Source: Eledone cirrhosa
Lineage: Eukaryota
DNA: 64,000 bases
Reading direction: 5' to 3'
Assembly (NCBI GenBank): GCA_964016885.1
Contig: OZ024752.1
Span: 26,412,001 to 26,476,000 of the forward strand
The notes under the pieces were generated by a model, which was given only the letters and a program-made list of their open reading frames with translations, did no database searches and was not told the DNA's origin. This document shows positions 1 to 14,480 of this stretch, piece after piece. The translations under genes and the position numbers were made by a program. How positions within the stretch are numbered: the first letter of the stretch is position 1; every line of letters starts with the position of its first letter.

Positions 1-233
1 TGTATGTAAGTATGTATGTACGTACGTATGTACGTACGTATGTATATATGTATGTATGTAAGTATGTATGTACGTACGTATGTATATATATGTATATACG
101 TACGTATGTATATATGTATGTATGTATGTATATATGTATGTATGCCTGTGTGAGAGTGCGTGTAGATGGCGTATAGATGTGCTTTTGTGATGTATGTATA
201 TATTTAATGGTATTTCCGTCTTCCGTTATGCAG

Positions 234-362
234 TTCTCTATGAATATCACATTTATTGATATGATGCCTCCAGTGGCGAGACGGCAGTCTCTCGTTTCCG
301 CTTGGCAACAAAACAATGAAGATCCCGTGTGTGATTTTACAAGTTCACCCGGTTCTTACTGA
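234..362 (+). CDS. Possible terminal coding exon of an unidentified host gene (FSMNITFIDMMPPVARRQSL...GSY*)
   Basis: Non-repetitive island after a pyrimidine-rich tract ending CAG (231-233). Only one frame is open, to TGA at 362. Followed by T-rich sequence and AATAAA motifs near 649 and 690. No recognisable homology. Confidence 0.35.
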   Translation, partial: FSMNITFIDMMPPVARRQSLVSAWQQNNEDPVCDFTSSPGSY

Positions 363-798
363 TAAAAACTTTATTATATATTTTATATTATCTTGTTTTC
401 TTATTTTATTTTTATTATATATTTGATATTTTATTTTAATCTTTTAAATATTTTTCTATTTTATTTCATTTTCATTTTTATTTTTATTTTATTTTTATTT
501 CATTTTTATTTTATTTTTGATTATTTTATTTTATTTTATTTTAATTTTATTTTATTTTATTTGTGTTTTTAAAAACAAACTTTTTGCACTCATTTTTGTG
601 TTTTTTTTTAAATATTTATTTTATTTTTTATGATATGATAGAGCAGTAAATAAATCTGCCTTGAGGAGAAAAAAAAACCAACAAAAACAAATAAATCATT
701 TCTAATGAATTTTGGCTCTTTCCTATTTCAGAGAATTTATATCTTCCTAAAATACACTAACATATGAAGGTAAAAACCCGGAACCCAATGAACCTTCC

Positions 799-862
<64 letters not shown>

Positions 863-880
863 TATATATATAATATATAC

Positions 881-940
<60 letters not shown>

Positions 941-1143
941 TAAATATATATATATATATATAATATATATATATAATATATATATATTTATATATTTATA
1001 TATATATATATATTTATATAGATATATAATATATAGGTATTTATATATTTATATATATATATATATTTTTATATATATATATATATAATATATATATGTA
1101 TATATATATGTATATATATATATTATATATATATGTATATATA

Positions 1144-1204
<61 letters not shown>

Positions 1205-1391
1205 AAAGAATAGAGGTGTAACACACAAGTTATTATATATTGGTAAACGGAATAGAAAATGCTGACAAATTGTTCACAGTTGAAAAATGGTTTAATTAGG
1301 AATAAAAGAGTATTAGTGATTGTATGGGTTAGTATTCAGTTGTGGTTTTAATTTTTTAAGTTTTTACCGGCTGCGCATTTCTAAATGCTTT

Positions 1392-2400
1392 TCAAAAAAT
1401 AATTTTGAGATAGAGTGTCCGTGCTGTTTGCTCTGATCTGTGCAAACAGCACGGACACTCTATCTCAAAAGTTGAATATGAAAGTCGAATAGTGTTAGGG
1501 TTTAAGATTTTATTATATTTATGTGATGTTGGAAAGTGTTTTTTAACTAATCGAATGAATTGTGAGGGTAGATTGGTTTTAATAGAGTTGTTATAGACCG
1601 GGTTGTACCATATATACACTTTACATCGCCTTCTGTTTGGTGGTGTGCGACTATTAGTTTGTCTATTGCGGTAGTGTATGTATGGTGGTGATTCTATGCT
1701 ATTTCTACCTCTATGAGATTTATTTTGGGTGTTTTGGTGATCGTCGACTATATACTCTATATTATCTAGGTGTCCAGCCTTCCTAACTGCATCATCATAA
1801 TATTCGGCATGTTCTTTGAATGTTTGCTGGTTGGACGACAGGCGGGAGATTCTAAGGGAAATATTTCTGGGGATGGATTTAATTATAGAGGGTGGATGGT
1901 TAGAACCCGTATTTACATATTTAAGGTTCTCATTTAGTTTATGGAACGGTTTAATCGTTTCTGTATTGAGATTCAAAGTAACATCAAGGAAATTAACCTC
2001 TTTGAGGTTATATTCAAATGTAATATTTAATCCTAGTTCCTTAAAAAGCTTTCTGATATTTTTACGCATCCTTTCTAAATTCTGGTTATTCATATGCTTA
2101 ACTAATAGGAGCGCATCGTCACGGTAGATTCCACCGGGGAGATCCTTGAATTTTCCTTGTGGTCTGTGGGTGATATAAAATCCCACAAGATCAGTTACTT
2201 CCGCCGAATCATTGGAACCCATAGTAATATCAAAATTAGAAGGTCTATCTTTGCGCACCCAGTAGCTATCATCAAATTTAACAATAGTTTTCCTCGCTTC
2301 CATAATAATATTAATTTCAGCATCTGTAAGGTCGGAATTAGCCTTAGCGAACGAAAGAGCTTCATGCAGAGTATCAGGTGAAATTGAGGAATAATATTCT
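1392..2400 (-). mobile_element. Penelope-like element reverse transcriptase fragment (truncated at both ends)
   Basis: ORF 1392..2303 has PLE RT motifs: MGSNDSAEVTDLVG, YRDD, VNFLDVTLNL, YVNTGSNHPPSIIKSIP, IWYNP. The frame extends upstream to about 2400 (YSSISPDTLHEALSFA). No GIY-YIG domain is retained. Confidence 0.85.
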
Positions 2401-2612
2401 TACAACTAATATAAATACTTCAATTTTTCTGATTTTTTCCAATGTATCCAATATCTCTGAAGAAGGGACAACGGATTATACATTTGCTATCGAATACTTA
2501 TAACATTATATGATTACGCAAGCAGCGATACATAGGTATTCCGTCTGTTACAGAAACATGTGTCAATACCTAATAAATTCCTTTATAAAAGCACTTTCAT
2601 TTTATATTCATC
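2401..2612 (+). mobile_element. Inverted pLTR-like segment with a hammerhead-like motif, joined to the 5'-truncated end of the PLE
   Basis: CTGAAGA (2457) ... GAAAcatgtgTC (2553-2564), then AATAAA and (TA)n. Opposite strand to the RT, as in PLE 5' inversions. Confidence 0.45.
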
Positions 2613-2732
2613 TTTTTTATATATTTATATATATCTATATATTTATATATATATATATATATAAATATATATATATATTTATATATATATATATATATAT
2701 CTAATATATATATATATTTATATATATATACA

Positions 2733-2804
<72 letters not shown>

Positions 2805-2807
2805 ATA

Positions 2808-2967
<160 letters not shown>

Positions 2968-2978
2968 ATATATATATA

Positions 2979-3029
<51 letters not shown>

Positions 3030-3034
<5 letters not shown>

Positions 3035-3336
3035 ACTCAGAGCTGTATGTGAGCATCCAAAAAGTCAGCTCAAAAGTGACACAGAGGAGACTGAGGTTAG
3101 CTGGACATGCTCACCGACATCCAGAGTTGACATTGCACTCAGTGCTCCTTTGGGAGCCCCTACATGGACACACTAGAAGAGGAAGACCAAGGTTAACGTA
3201 TGTTGATGCCCTAAGGACAGACACTGGTCTGTTGGAGACGCAGGACATGGCAGCGATAATGAGGGACAGAGACCGCTGGAGAGAACTCGTCCATGGATCT
3301 CGGGAATTTTACCCGCCTTAGATAGATAGATAGATA
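3030..3336 (+). mobile_element. 3' fragment of an RTE-clade LINE with a (TAGA)n tail
   Basis: [12 protein letters not shown]...[19 protein letters not shown]...[11 protein letters not shown] is the typical RTE C-terminus. The stop is followed directly by tagatagataga. Inserted in (TA)n. Confidence 0.85.
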
Positions 3337-3342
3337 TATCTA

Positions 3343-3373
<31 letters not shown>

Positions 3374-3424
3374 GAATAAGGAAAAGCGAAGTAGGTTCAG
3401 ATGTTCAAGTCCTTTAATAATAAT

Positions 3425-3498
3425 GCTGTGATATATATTTCAGTGACGACACTGGCTACACTGTTCTGTGTGCGAGTGTCGTGTCATCATCAGACAGC
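3425..3498 (-). ncRNA. Type I minimal hammerhead ribozyme
   Basis: Minus strand: gctgt CTGATGA [stem II with cgacact/agtgtcg] GAAA tatata TC acagc. Perfect 5-bp stem I and palindromic stem III. Confidence 0.8.
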
Positions 3499-4739
3499 TT
3501 GTTACATAATAAGGTTATGTTTCCGAGGCAATCCAAATTGGATCGACATGGGAACGGATGAATTGCATGTTTTGGGGTTTTTCATCCGCTCCCTTGTGAG
3601 TACCAATTCACCCCCACCGGACTGCGCAAGCGCATGTCCGAAGGAAGTTGACCACTAGCCACCGCAGGTTTCAACGAAATTCGTTTAGTCAGTTCACCCT
3701 CTCAACCAAAACAATGGCTCACCAATGCCTCTACCATATTTTACTGCTACCCATCACGGCTGTGGCAGTCAGCCGAGAGCCAGAGGGGATGGGAGAGTGT
3801 TAGTTTTTACAGGTCATAATACTACCCCTCACTAAGCGTTGACGGTACGACTGACCATCACCTTATAAGGGAAAATAAACTTAATTCTAGGTATCATGGT
3901 TTTACGTTGGAAGTTAAGAATAAGAGTTGGAAATAAAAATTAAAATCCTAAATCAAATATCAGAAATTATAAATTAAACAATTAAGAAATTAACAATCAG
4001 AAATTAAAGAATTAAAAAAAAAAATTCTTTTCAGGTGATAATTCGGATTGAAGTGAGTAAAAATATAGACTGAAGTGAGTAAATAATATGGAGAGAGATG
4101 TTTAAGTAATATGTTCTGAGAGGGATTCTAGTGTCACAGTTACTCTATCCACATATTGAACGACAGTGCCGTACATTATAACTGAGGGCAAACTACAGGT
4201 CTCTAGGCATTAGTCAATCTGGTACACAGTCATAATTTCCATCACATGGAACAAAATCAAAGAAAAACAGACATAAAGTACACAAAAGAAAAGAACAGAA
4301 CCAATAGTGAATAAATGCAAAAACACAGAGTACATATATGCAAAATGATCCATATGATTGTCCATCTGTCCATGCATAGATTGAATTGACGGGGCTTCTG
4401 TTCAAATACGATTTGGTGCAGGAAAATAGGGGTTTATCCTATTATTTGTTTCCGCGTATTTATCCTGCCGAAAGTTACTACTATGTCCCTCCAGTGTAAG
4501 GGGTTTCCATCCCCATGGTAGAGGGAATTTCCGGGGTAGCTTATGGTTGGTTCCTCTCTTCTCCACCATATCGTTTACATCGTAAAGCGCTCAACTAATT
4601 GGAGCTAAATTATTAGGGTAAATATTGATGCAATTCAATTCAAGCACTCAACGTATTTTTTCTACATAGGAGTGACGGAGTAAATATCGAATAAGGAAAA
4701 GCGAAGTAGTTTCAGATGTTCAAGTCCTTTAATAATAGT

Positions 4740-4813
4740 GCTGTGATATATATTTCAGTGACGACACTGGCCACACTGTTCTGTGTGAAAGTGTCGTGTC
4801 ATCGTCAGACAGC
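4740..4813 (-). ncRNA. Type I minimal hammerhead ribozyme (CUGACGA variant)
   Basis: Second copy; the core differs only at the variable N7 position. Confidence 0.78.
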
Positions 4814-5169
4814 TTGTTACATAATAAGGTTATGTTTCCGAGGCAATCCAAATTGGATCGACATGGGAACGGATGAATGGCGTGTTTTGGGGTTTTTCAT
4901 CCGCTCCCTTGTGAGTACCAATTCACCCACACCGGCCTGCGCAAGCGCATGTCCGAAGGAAGTTGACCACTTGCCACCGCAGATTTCAACGAAATTCGTT
5001 TAGTCAGTTCACCCTCTCAGCCAAAACAATGGCCCACCAATGCCTGTACCATATTTTACTGCTATCAATCACGGCTGTGGCAGTCAGTCTATATATATAT
5101 ATAATATATATATATTTATGTATATATATATATATATATAAAGAATCTTGCTAAACAAATTCAGAAACG

Positions 5170-5572
<403 letters not shown>

Positions 5573-5651
5573 ATTTATATATATATATAAATACTGTAGT
5601 AAAAGTTAGGCGGAAATATCCATGGGTAAGTGCACCCAGTCCATAGGTATA

Positions 5652-5800
5652 CAGAGTATGTACCATTTTTTTAGAATTACAAAATCAAAATCAAAATTTC
5701 AACCCATTCACGTAGGCGGTATATCTTTCTAGTATCTACCGCCTACATGAATATGTCGACATTTTGTCAACTTTGTAATTCTCAAACATGGTATATACTC
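5652..5800. mobile_element. MITE-like imperfect hairpin
   Basis: gagtatgtacca..agaattacaaa..attcacgtaggcggta / taccgcctacatgaat..tttgtaattct..tggtatatactc. Confidence 0.5.
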
Positions 5801-6261
5801 TCACAATTATCTTCAGATAAGCACTGCCTCAACACACGGCTTGATTGCTTTGGCGGTTGTCTCCATGAGAAGTAGTATATTTTGTGTAAATGGCTTAGGC
5901 CTGACTAACAGGTCTAGAATTATACTTTGATTTACTGACTCTTCTGTATATCAGGGAAATTGGATCCTTTGAATCAGCTAGAGAAAAATTACTTTTCTTT
6001 CTTCTACTCTTATTCTAGCTTGACTATGGTCTCTTAAGACTTACCTCCTTTGATCTTACCTTGTAATTAAAAAAATACCCTTTTTCTAAATAATTTCGAA
6101 ATTACCTGCCTTTGTTTAAACTCTTATGATATATTCCTAAAAAGAAAGCACAATCAACTCCAGATGACCATTTTTATTTTCATTTATTTTATGACAGACT
6201 TAACGAGTTGGGTGGGGTTCAGAACTCAACGAGACTTGAGTACCTGTTTATGTCACTGTTG

Positions 6262-6302
<41 letters not shown>

Positions 6303-6446
6303 CGAAAACCAACCAAACAGTGAGTGTGTTCTGTTATTATTTCTGACAATATTATTACAACAATATAACCCTCCCCAAGCATAACAATATTTGACACACG
6401 ATTTCCTATCAAAAACCTTGCAAAACATATATATATATATATGTGA

Positions 6447-6534
<88 letters not shown>

Positions 6535-6552
6535 GGGTGTGTATAGAAGATT

Positions 6553-6833
6553 ATATTAATAACAGGAATTCCAACTTTGTCTGATTTACTCGTTTTATTT
6601 ACAATCCTTTAAAATTATAATGGTATTAGAATGAAATACTATGGTAGAATATTAAATGTTAAGTGTTAATTGAACCTGAATATGAACCTGAAGATTGCGA
6701 AAGCATGAAAGTACTTGCTCAATTAACACTTAACATTTAATATTCTACCATAGTATTTCATTCTAATACCATTATAATTTTAAAGGATTCTAAATAAAAC
6801 GAGTAAATCAGATGGAATGCCTTTTATTAATAT
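6553..6833. mobile_element. Inverted-repeat PLE terminus with a central hammerhead
   Basis: Arms at about 6580-6673 and 6719-6812 are near-perfect reverse complements, extending further with mismatches. (TA)n on the flanks. Confidence 0.7.
6683..6721 (+). ncRNA. Minimal hammerhead ribozyme
   Basis: tgaac CTGAAGA t tgc-gaaa-gca t GAAA gtac TT gctca; stem I has one mismatch. Confidence 0.6.
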
Positions 6834-6959
6834 ATATATATATATAAAGCATATGGATATAAACATATATGTGAGAATATATATATTTAGGCATCATGAG
6901 TGTACACATATACACCTTTCATATGCACATGCATCCATATAGGGAACTCTTGCTTATAT

Positions 6960-7210
6960 CAACACACATACATGCATACGCACGGACATGCATACACCAT
7001 ACCACACATATATCCAGACACATACACAAAGAGACACATACACAGACACACATACAGAGAGACACACAAACACAGAGACACGCATACACAGAGACACACA
7101 TACACAGAGACACACATTTACACAGAGACACACATACAGAAACACACATACACAGAGACACATACACAGAGACACACATACAAAGAGACACACACATATA
7201 CAGAGACACA
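6960..7210. repeat. (CA/GA) compound micro/minisatellite
   Basis: Repeated cacatacacagaga units. Confidence 0.9.
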
Positions 7211-7479
7211 ACTCCTCCACAGAATAGAGTTCAATAAGTGAATTTTCGTATGATGTGAAGAATCACGATCTCTTAACCTGAGCGATATCGCTCTCCGGTT
7301 GGCAATTTCAACTGTAGGGTAGGCGCTGAGCAACCGATCAGAAAATGGTGGGTGATTGGAAATTTTAAGTATTAGGAAGGTATTTGAAGATATATATATA
7401 TTTTTTTTGTCGATCGACTTTCGTCAAATCGGACCGAGGAAACAATGTTTCCGTTGGTCTTTCCAATTGCTAATACTAC

Positions 7480-7625
7480 TTATCGGTCGCAACTCCAGGT
7501 AGAAGGAGCAACGAGAAATAAAGTGTCTTGTTAAAGGACAATAATGCATCGCCTAGTCCAAGAATCGAACTGACAACCTCAAGATTGTGAATCCAGTTAT
7601 CTAACCAATCAGCCACACGCCTTCA
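7480..7625 (-). mobile_element. Degenerate tRNA-derived SINE 5' part (same family as 39487-39813); another at about 8220-8365
   Basis: Reverse-complement A-box and B-box, and the shared gaaataaagtgtcttg motif. Confidence 0.6.
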
Positions 7626-7958
7626 CAAGAAGATATGCTACCCCCAAAACCCATGCAAAGGCATTTATGTGTGTATAAAAAAAATACAAGAGGCTAAATG
7701 GGATAAAACCATCCAGTAACATTTTGGTATGCTTTTTAAAATTTACTATGCAGATGGGCGGTGGGAAATGTTTCCTTGTGAATGTAGACGATGATGCAAC
7801 TCTTGATCTAGTTTCTACACCCCTCACAGCTTTTCAATACAGCGAATTCTTCTATGGAGTTTTATAAGGGGTTAAATATCAATATTCTATATTAGACTGA
7901 TTCTTATTAGACTGATACTTCTAAAACTCGTTGAATACAATGTACTTAATGTCATGAA

Positions 7959-7996
<38 letters not shown>

Positions 7997-9286
7997 CCCG
8001 GCTCATATTTATTGTTGTTGCAGTTCTTGTTTATTACCTATTGAACTTTGATCGAACAGATCTATATTCGAAATTATTACATAGCCTTTAGTTGATTCTA
8101 TTGCTGTCGTAATCATTCAGAACAGTTCTCCTGTCGGAAAATACTATATTTTTTATTTCTCACTATTCACAGACCAAGTAAACAGTGATTCTATTTGTCT
8201 TTCTATTGGTAATGCAATCTGCTGGTCGCAACCCTTGGCAGAAGGATCAACGCAAAATAAAGTGCTCCGTTCAAGAACTCAATGCATCGCCCGGTACAGG
8301 AATTGAGCCCGCGACCTTATAATCATGAAACCAGCATCATAACCACTAGTCCACATGCTTTCATGGTACCAACCCTTACTTTCCAACTATATCATCACCG
8401 TTATCGTACAGGTTTTTTTTTTTTTAATAAAGGGTGAGTCATAAGTAATCGGGTAGTCGATGCATTTTTATAGCCATGTCCATAGATAACTTTTTGAAAT
8501 TCCGCTGATTTGTGTGTGATCAGCCATGGTTATATTTTTTTTAAATACTTGTGTTTGATGTATTTATAATTTCTTTATGTATTACCAGAATTTTAGTAAA
8601 TATTATCATTTGGAATATAAATGTTGAGCTGCCCTTTTACGTATGTCTCATCCTGTATATACATTTTTACGGTTGTTTGAGAAAAAAGAAATATATATAG
8701 AAGCACTAAAAACACATTTTTGCATATTTTCTTGCAATCTAAATTCCTCTATTCCTCTATTCATATTCACACCCGCACATATATTAGTTGCTCATCCGGT
8801 TGTGAACTGAATGGAAATATTGAATTAAAAGCTTCTAGTGCGGGAAATATGTAATTGGATGTAGTTATAGGAAGGAGATGTCGATAACGAGATCACCATC
8901 AAACCAATGTTTCTTTTGTAGAGTTGTTTCTTACATAGGCATGATTGGCGATAGTTACGTATTGGGATGGGAAAGGGTGGAGAAGAGGGTGGCGAAGAGG
9001 GGGATCAAACATTGAACTTAAAGTAAAATCAGAGGGTTTCTCTAAGTCTAAATCAATCAATCAAACAATGACGTAATTTTTTTTCTCTTCGATAAAACAT
9101 AACCGATAGAAAGGTGTGGTAAGACACACTGTGAATGTATATTACATGTATGTTTATATGGGAGTGAATGAATGTGTTTGCATGTATATATATACACACA
9201 TATATATATATATGTATATATATACACACACATATATATATATGCATAGTTTTATCTACAAACGCACACACACGCATATATATAAA

Positions 9287-9359
<73 letters not shown>

Positions 9360-9378
9360 AGAGAGAGAGAATGTGTGA

Positions 9379-9414
<36 letters not shown>

Positions 9415-9448
9415 CGAACTGACAGACAGAGCGAGCTAACATTAATCT

Positions 9449-9632
9449 TCGGATTGGCAGTATCGGTAGAGGGTGGGACGCCTTGCTATGCAGCATAGAG
9501 TTACGGCGCTTTACGTTCTGATTTCAAATCCCGCCAAGATTAACTTTGCCTTTCATCCTTAAAGGGTCGATAAAATAAAGTACTAGTAATGCACTGGGGT
9601 AATTGTTGGCCTTGTGCCAAAAGTAGAAACAG
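9449..9632 (+). mobile_element. tRNA-derived SINE (family 1; central tgcctttcatcctt..gggtcgataaaataaagtacca domain)
   Basis: A-box-like tggcagtatcggtaga, B-box-like ttcaaatccc, and a conserved core. Many copies in the window. Confidence 0.85.
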
Positions 9633-9799
9633 TAAATCTTCCACTCCACAAAATGTTACGAACGATTGCGAAAATATGAAATATAACTAATAAAGGAAAT
9701 AAAAACTAGTCTTTACAATCGTGTTTAAGATATAACATATATAAAAAAGCGTTATACATACATGATGCATACATACATGCCTATATATATATAGGGTAA

Positions 9800-10208
<409 letters not shown>

Positions 10209-10364
10209 GGATACTATTTATGGTTATGTATATACTAAAACTTTTTATAGTTATATATATTTTAAACCCTAAACAGTGAAGGTCAGTAATTTATTACTAC
10301 CTTATTACCAGTAAGATAAATAGCTCAATGTAATAACATCAGTTGTTCTACAGAGCAGTTATAT

Positions 10365-11169
10365 AGAATTCACAAGAATCAAAGTTATGTTCAAAGCATT
10401 TATTCACTTACAATTGTTTCATCCAAACCTAGGCTTGGTGTCTTCGGACCATTTTTCAATGTTTGTTTTGTACACATAATTGACCTCCTTTCCAACGCAA
10501 GAGACATACAGATACATATGTATATATTGATGTACAGTGGAGTGACATATATTATATTATTTCTGTATAGGGCGGTGGATTGGCAGTATCGGTAGAGGGT
10601 TGGACGCCATGCTTTGCAGCATAGAGTTACGTCCCTTTATGATCTGAGTTCAAATCCCGCCGGGGTAAATTTTGCCTTTCATCCTACGGGGTCGATAAAA
10701 TAAAGTACCAGTAATGTACTGGGTAATTGCTGGCCTTGTGCCAAAAGTAGAAACAATTATTTCTGTATAGCAATTCAAATTCAAAATCAAAATTAAAATT
10801 AAAACAAAATTAAAATACATTCGGCAGTTAACATAGATAATGCAAGAGAATAGTTTGTTAGTCAGATGTAGTAGTTATTGTATGCGTTAGTTACACGTGG
10901 GGCATGCACGTGTGTCTCATTTATATATGATTATTGTGTGGCAGGGTGTTATATGTAATACAAGCACTTTAAGCTGGTAAGTAAGAGAATTATGGAGGTT
11001 GTAGTGGTAAGGTATTTTTTGTATTTTTTATATGTCTCTTGCGTTGGAAAGGAGGTCAATTATGTGTACAAACATTGAAAAATGGTCCGAAGAATCCAAG
11101 CCTAGGTTTGGATGAAACAATTGTAAGTGAATAAATGCTTTGAACATAGCTTTGATTCTTGTGAATTCT
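10365..11169. mobile_element. Inverted PLE pLTR pair (10365-10508 / 11031-11169) with degenerate hammerheads, interrupted by a SINE
   Basis: About 140-bp inverted arms containing CCGAAGA-atccaagcctaggtttggat-GAAA-caattg-TA. Confidence 0.65.
10571..10757 (+). mobile_element. SINE family 1 with target-site duplication
   Basis: Full head and core; attatttctgtatag is present on both sides (about 10556-10570 and 10756-10770). Confidence 0.85.
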
Positions 11170-11253
11170 CTATATATATATATATTTATTTATTTATTTA
11201 TATATCGACAGTCGATCGGCTTTCGTCAAATCGGACCGAGGAAATAATATAAA

Positions 11254-11362
<109 letters not shown>

Positions 11363-11968
11363 TTAGTCCCAACAGAAAAAAAATATACATAAACAAAATA
11401 TACTTTAAACTCTACTCTCCGATCGTTTATCATATTTTACCTTTATCAAGGGGTAAGTTATCCGGAATATAAGAAACTATTAAGTATTTCCGAGGTAACA
11501 TTCCTTGGAAAGTACGATAAACTACTATTCTTTCTGTAGATAAGACATCGTTTATTCCATTAACCATTGACATATGTACCTACCCTTAATATAATTCTCA
11601 TGTTAAATCAGAGTGACACATTACGACACGGCCGACCGTTGGGATAGCATATAGAATCTATCCGATGGGCCTCCTTGCGAATTTTTTCTTCTTAGTTTTC
11701 TGTGACAAGATTAATGTCGAGTCGAAGTAAGGCAACATATCTTTGTATAAGTTGCCTCCCATTTGGATTGAACCTAAAACCTGAAACCGTTTGATTGGAA
11801 ATGGAAGTTCGTATCCACCCGAAAATACCGGTGTTGTATGATATATATATATGTGTATATGTGTGTGTGTGTGTGCATGTGCGTGTATATATATATATAT
11901 ATATACACACAAGGCTCTGATACCATCAACACTATAAACACGGAGCTGGCATATCTAAGAACTGACTA

Positions 11969-12024
11969 ACTGCCTGATGAGGTCATAGCCATTCAATGGC
12001 TATCATCGAAATATATATAGCAGT
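11969..12024 (+). ncRNA. Type I minimal hammerhead ribozyme
   Basis: actgc CTGATGA g..atagcca-ttcaa-tggctat..c GAAA tatata TA gcagt, then AATAAA. Confidence 0.8.
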
Positions 12025-12190
12025 AAATAAAGGATTATGAGTTCATGCAATTGACTTATGTTTCGTCACTATATATATATATAACGAAGGAGGTGTGGTG
12101 AGGAACCAAATAGACCATAACGCACCGACACGACTTGAGCTCTGCCGTCGGGGTAAAACATTTTCCTATATATATATATATGTGTGTGTG

Positions 12191-12228
<38 letters not shown>

Positions 12229-12342
12229 CAAACACATTTATACATCTCTCTGCTTTCGTCAATTCATCACTGATTAATAGTACAGAGTAATCTGCGCGCG
12301 CTAGTATACGCACACACAGACATACACACATATGTATGTATG

Positions 12343-12446
<104 letters not shown>

Positions 12447-12484
12447 TAATTAATAAGTATCCCCATATATTTACACACATACAC

Positions 12485-12538
<54 letters not shown>

Positions 12539-13029
12539 TTACACGGATATTATTCTGTCAGCGAGAGATAGCTGATTAAATAAATGGTCGACAGACGCGA
12601 CAGCGATGTGAAAGAGATAGGAGAGAACAAACGTGTCCATGATGATCTGGCATTGGGGCATCGTTCAGCCAGTGGCTGAGAGGGGTAAGAGATGGAACTT
12701 TAGACAAAAACATTGGCTAGTGGCTTTAATGGCTATTAACTATCGACCATTGGCTACTTTTTATGGATAATATTATTCACTCAATGTTTCGTGACGACAG
12801 TTCTAACACTTTCACAGTCACTGACCACCGAATCTCTACGACCGAATCAATAAATCTGACCCGAGAGATAAAGGATATTTATGATGCTGTCCTCGTTTGG
12901 GACCTCTGTTCGTTTGGCCATCTGTTTGACTCAAAGACTGTCTGCCTGCCCTTCTACTTGCCTGTCTGTCTGTTTGTGTCTCTTCACAGAGAGCCGCCTG
13001 TTTGGTGAGAGACAGAAAAAGCATATATA

Positions 13030-13113
<84 letters not shown>

Positions 13114-13321
13114 AATGAGTAGGACCACGACGGCTGAGCTCAAGTCGTTTCGACGGCTAATTCTAGACTGAATTCTGGACTAATTGTCCAGAATTAGCCG
13201 TCGAAACGGCTTGAGCTCAGCCGTCGGGGTCCTACTCGTTCCTATTACCCACTCTACTACCCTAAGTATTAAGTACTTTGGTACGTTATGGTCCACCTGG
13301 TTCCTTACCACATTTCCTCCG

Positions 13322-13394
<73 letters not shown>

Positions 13395-13784
13395 GAGAAA
13401 TATATGGAAGAAATATATGGAAGAAAATCCTTGGGATGCTTTCTGCACGAAGAAAATATACTTAAATGGGGGGGGGGGATAGCATGCACGCTGGAGTGAC
13501 CCCTGCCCTCCACGAATTCTCAAGAATTTGCTGAATCAGAATTACACCTGCTGTGAAAAGATTTAATACACATTGTTGACGCTATCGAGGGATATTGCCC
13601 CCAAATTCAAATTCGTTTAAAGTTGAATGGGGGTATACAAGCACGCTGTCGACTTTACAAATATTTCGGCCTTAGATATTTAGAGATAGCTAGACAGATA
13701 GATAAGGTATTAAACAGATAGGTATACATTAGGTAAGAAATACATAAGCATATATTATATAATATACAATAAAAGAATGTATAG

Positions 13785-14480
13785 TAATAATTGTTTCTAC
13801 TTTTGGCACAAGGCCAGTAATTATCCCAATACATTACTGGTACTTTATTTTACAAGTACTGCCAATAATAATTGTTTCTACTTTAGGCACAAGGCCAGCA
13901 AATACCAGTACATTACTGGTACTTTATTTTATCGACCCCATAAGGATGAAAGGCAAAGTTAACCTTGGCGGGATTTGAACTCAGACTGTAAAGGGACGTA
14001 ACTATGCTAGAAAGCATGGCGTCCAACCCTCTACCGATACTGCCAATTCACGCCAATAATAATTGTTTCTACTTTAGGCAGAAGGCCAGCAATTACTCAG
14101 TGCATTACTGGTACTTTATTTTATCGACCCCGTAAGGATGAAAGGCAAAGTCAACCTCAGCGAGATTTGAACTCAGATCGTAAAGGGACGTAACTATGCT
14201 GGAAAGCATGGCGTCCGACCCTCTACCGATACTGCCAATCCACCGCCCCAATTCACGCCAATAATAATGAATACTAATATAGGCACAAGGCCAACAATTT
14301 GGGGGAGGGGAAAGTTGATTAAATCGACCACAGTGCATTACTGGTACTTTATTTTATCGACCCTTTAAGGATGAAAGGCAAAGCTAACATGGGCGGGATT
14401 TGAACTCGGAGCGTAAAGAGCCATAACTTTATGCCGCGTAGCATGGTGTCCAATGCTCTACCAATGCAGTCAATCCACAA
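13785..14480 (-). mobile_element. Tandem cluster of about 4 SINE family 1 copies
   Basis: Repeated tactggtactttattttatcgacccc..aaggatgaaaggcaaag units with tRNA heads. Confidence 0.85.

Larger units (their letters stand above)
3374..5087 (-). mobile_element. Non-autonomous PLE/retrozyme-like element: about 400-bp direct repeats (3374-3772, 4689-5087), each with a hammerhead
   Basis: Direct repeats offset by 1315 bp, non-coding interior, (TA)n on both flanks, hammerhead core in each repeat. Confidence 0.75.

Noticed and set aside
11658-11840. ELPFPIKRFQ resembling a Helitron PIF1-like helicase segment
   Set aside because: The similarity is too short, and the expected downstream motif (AMTINKSQG) is absent.
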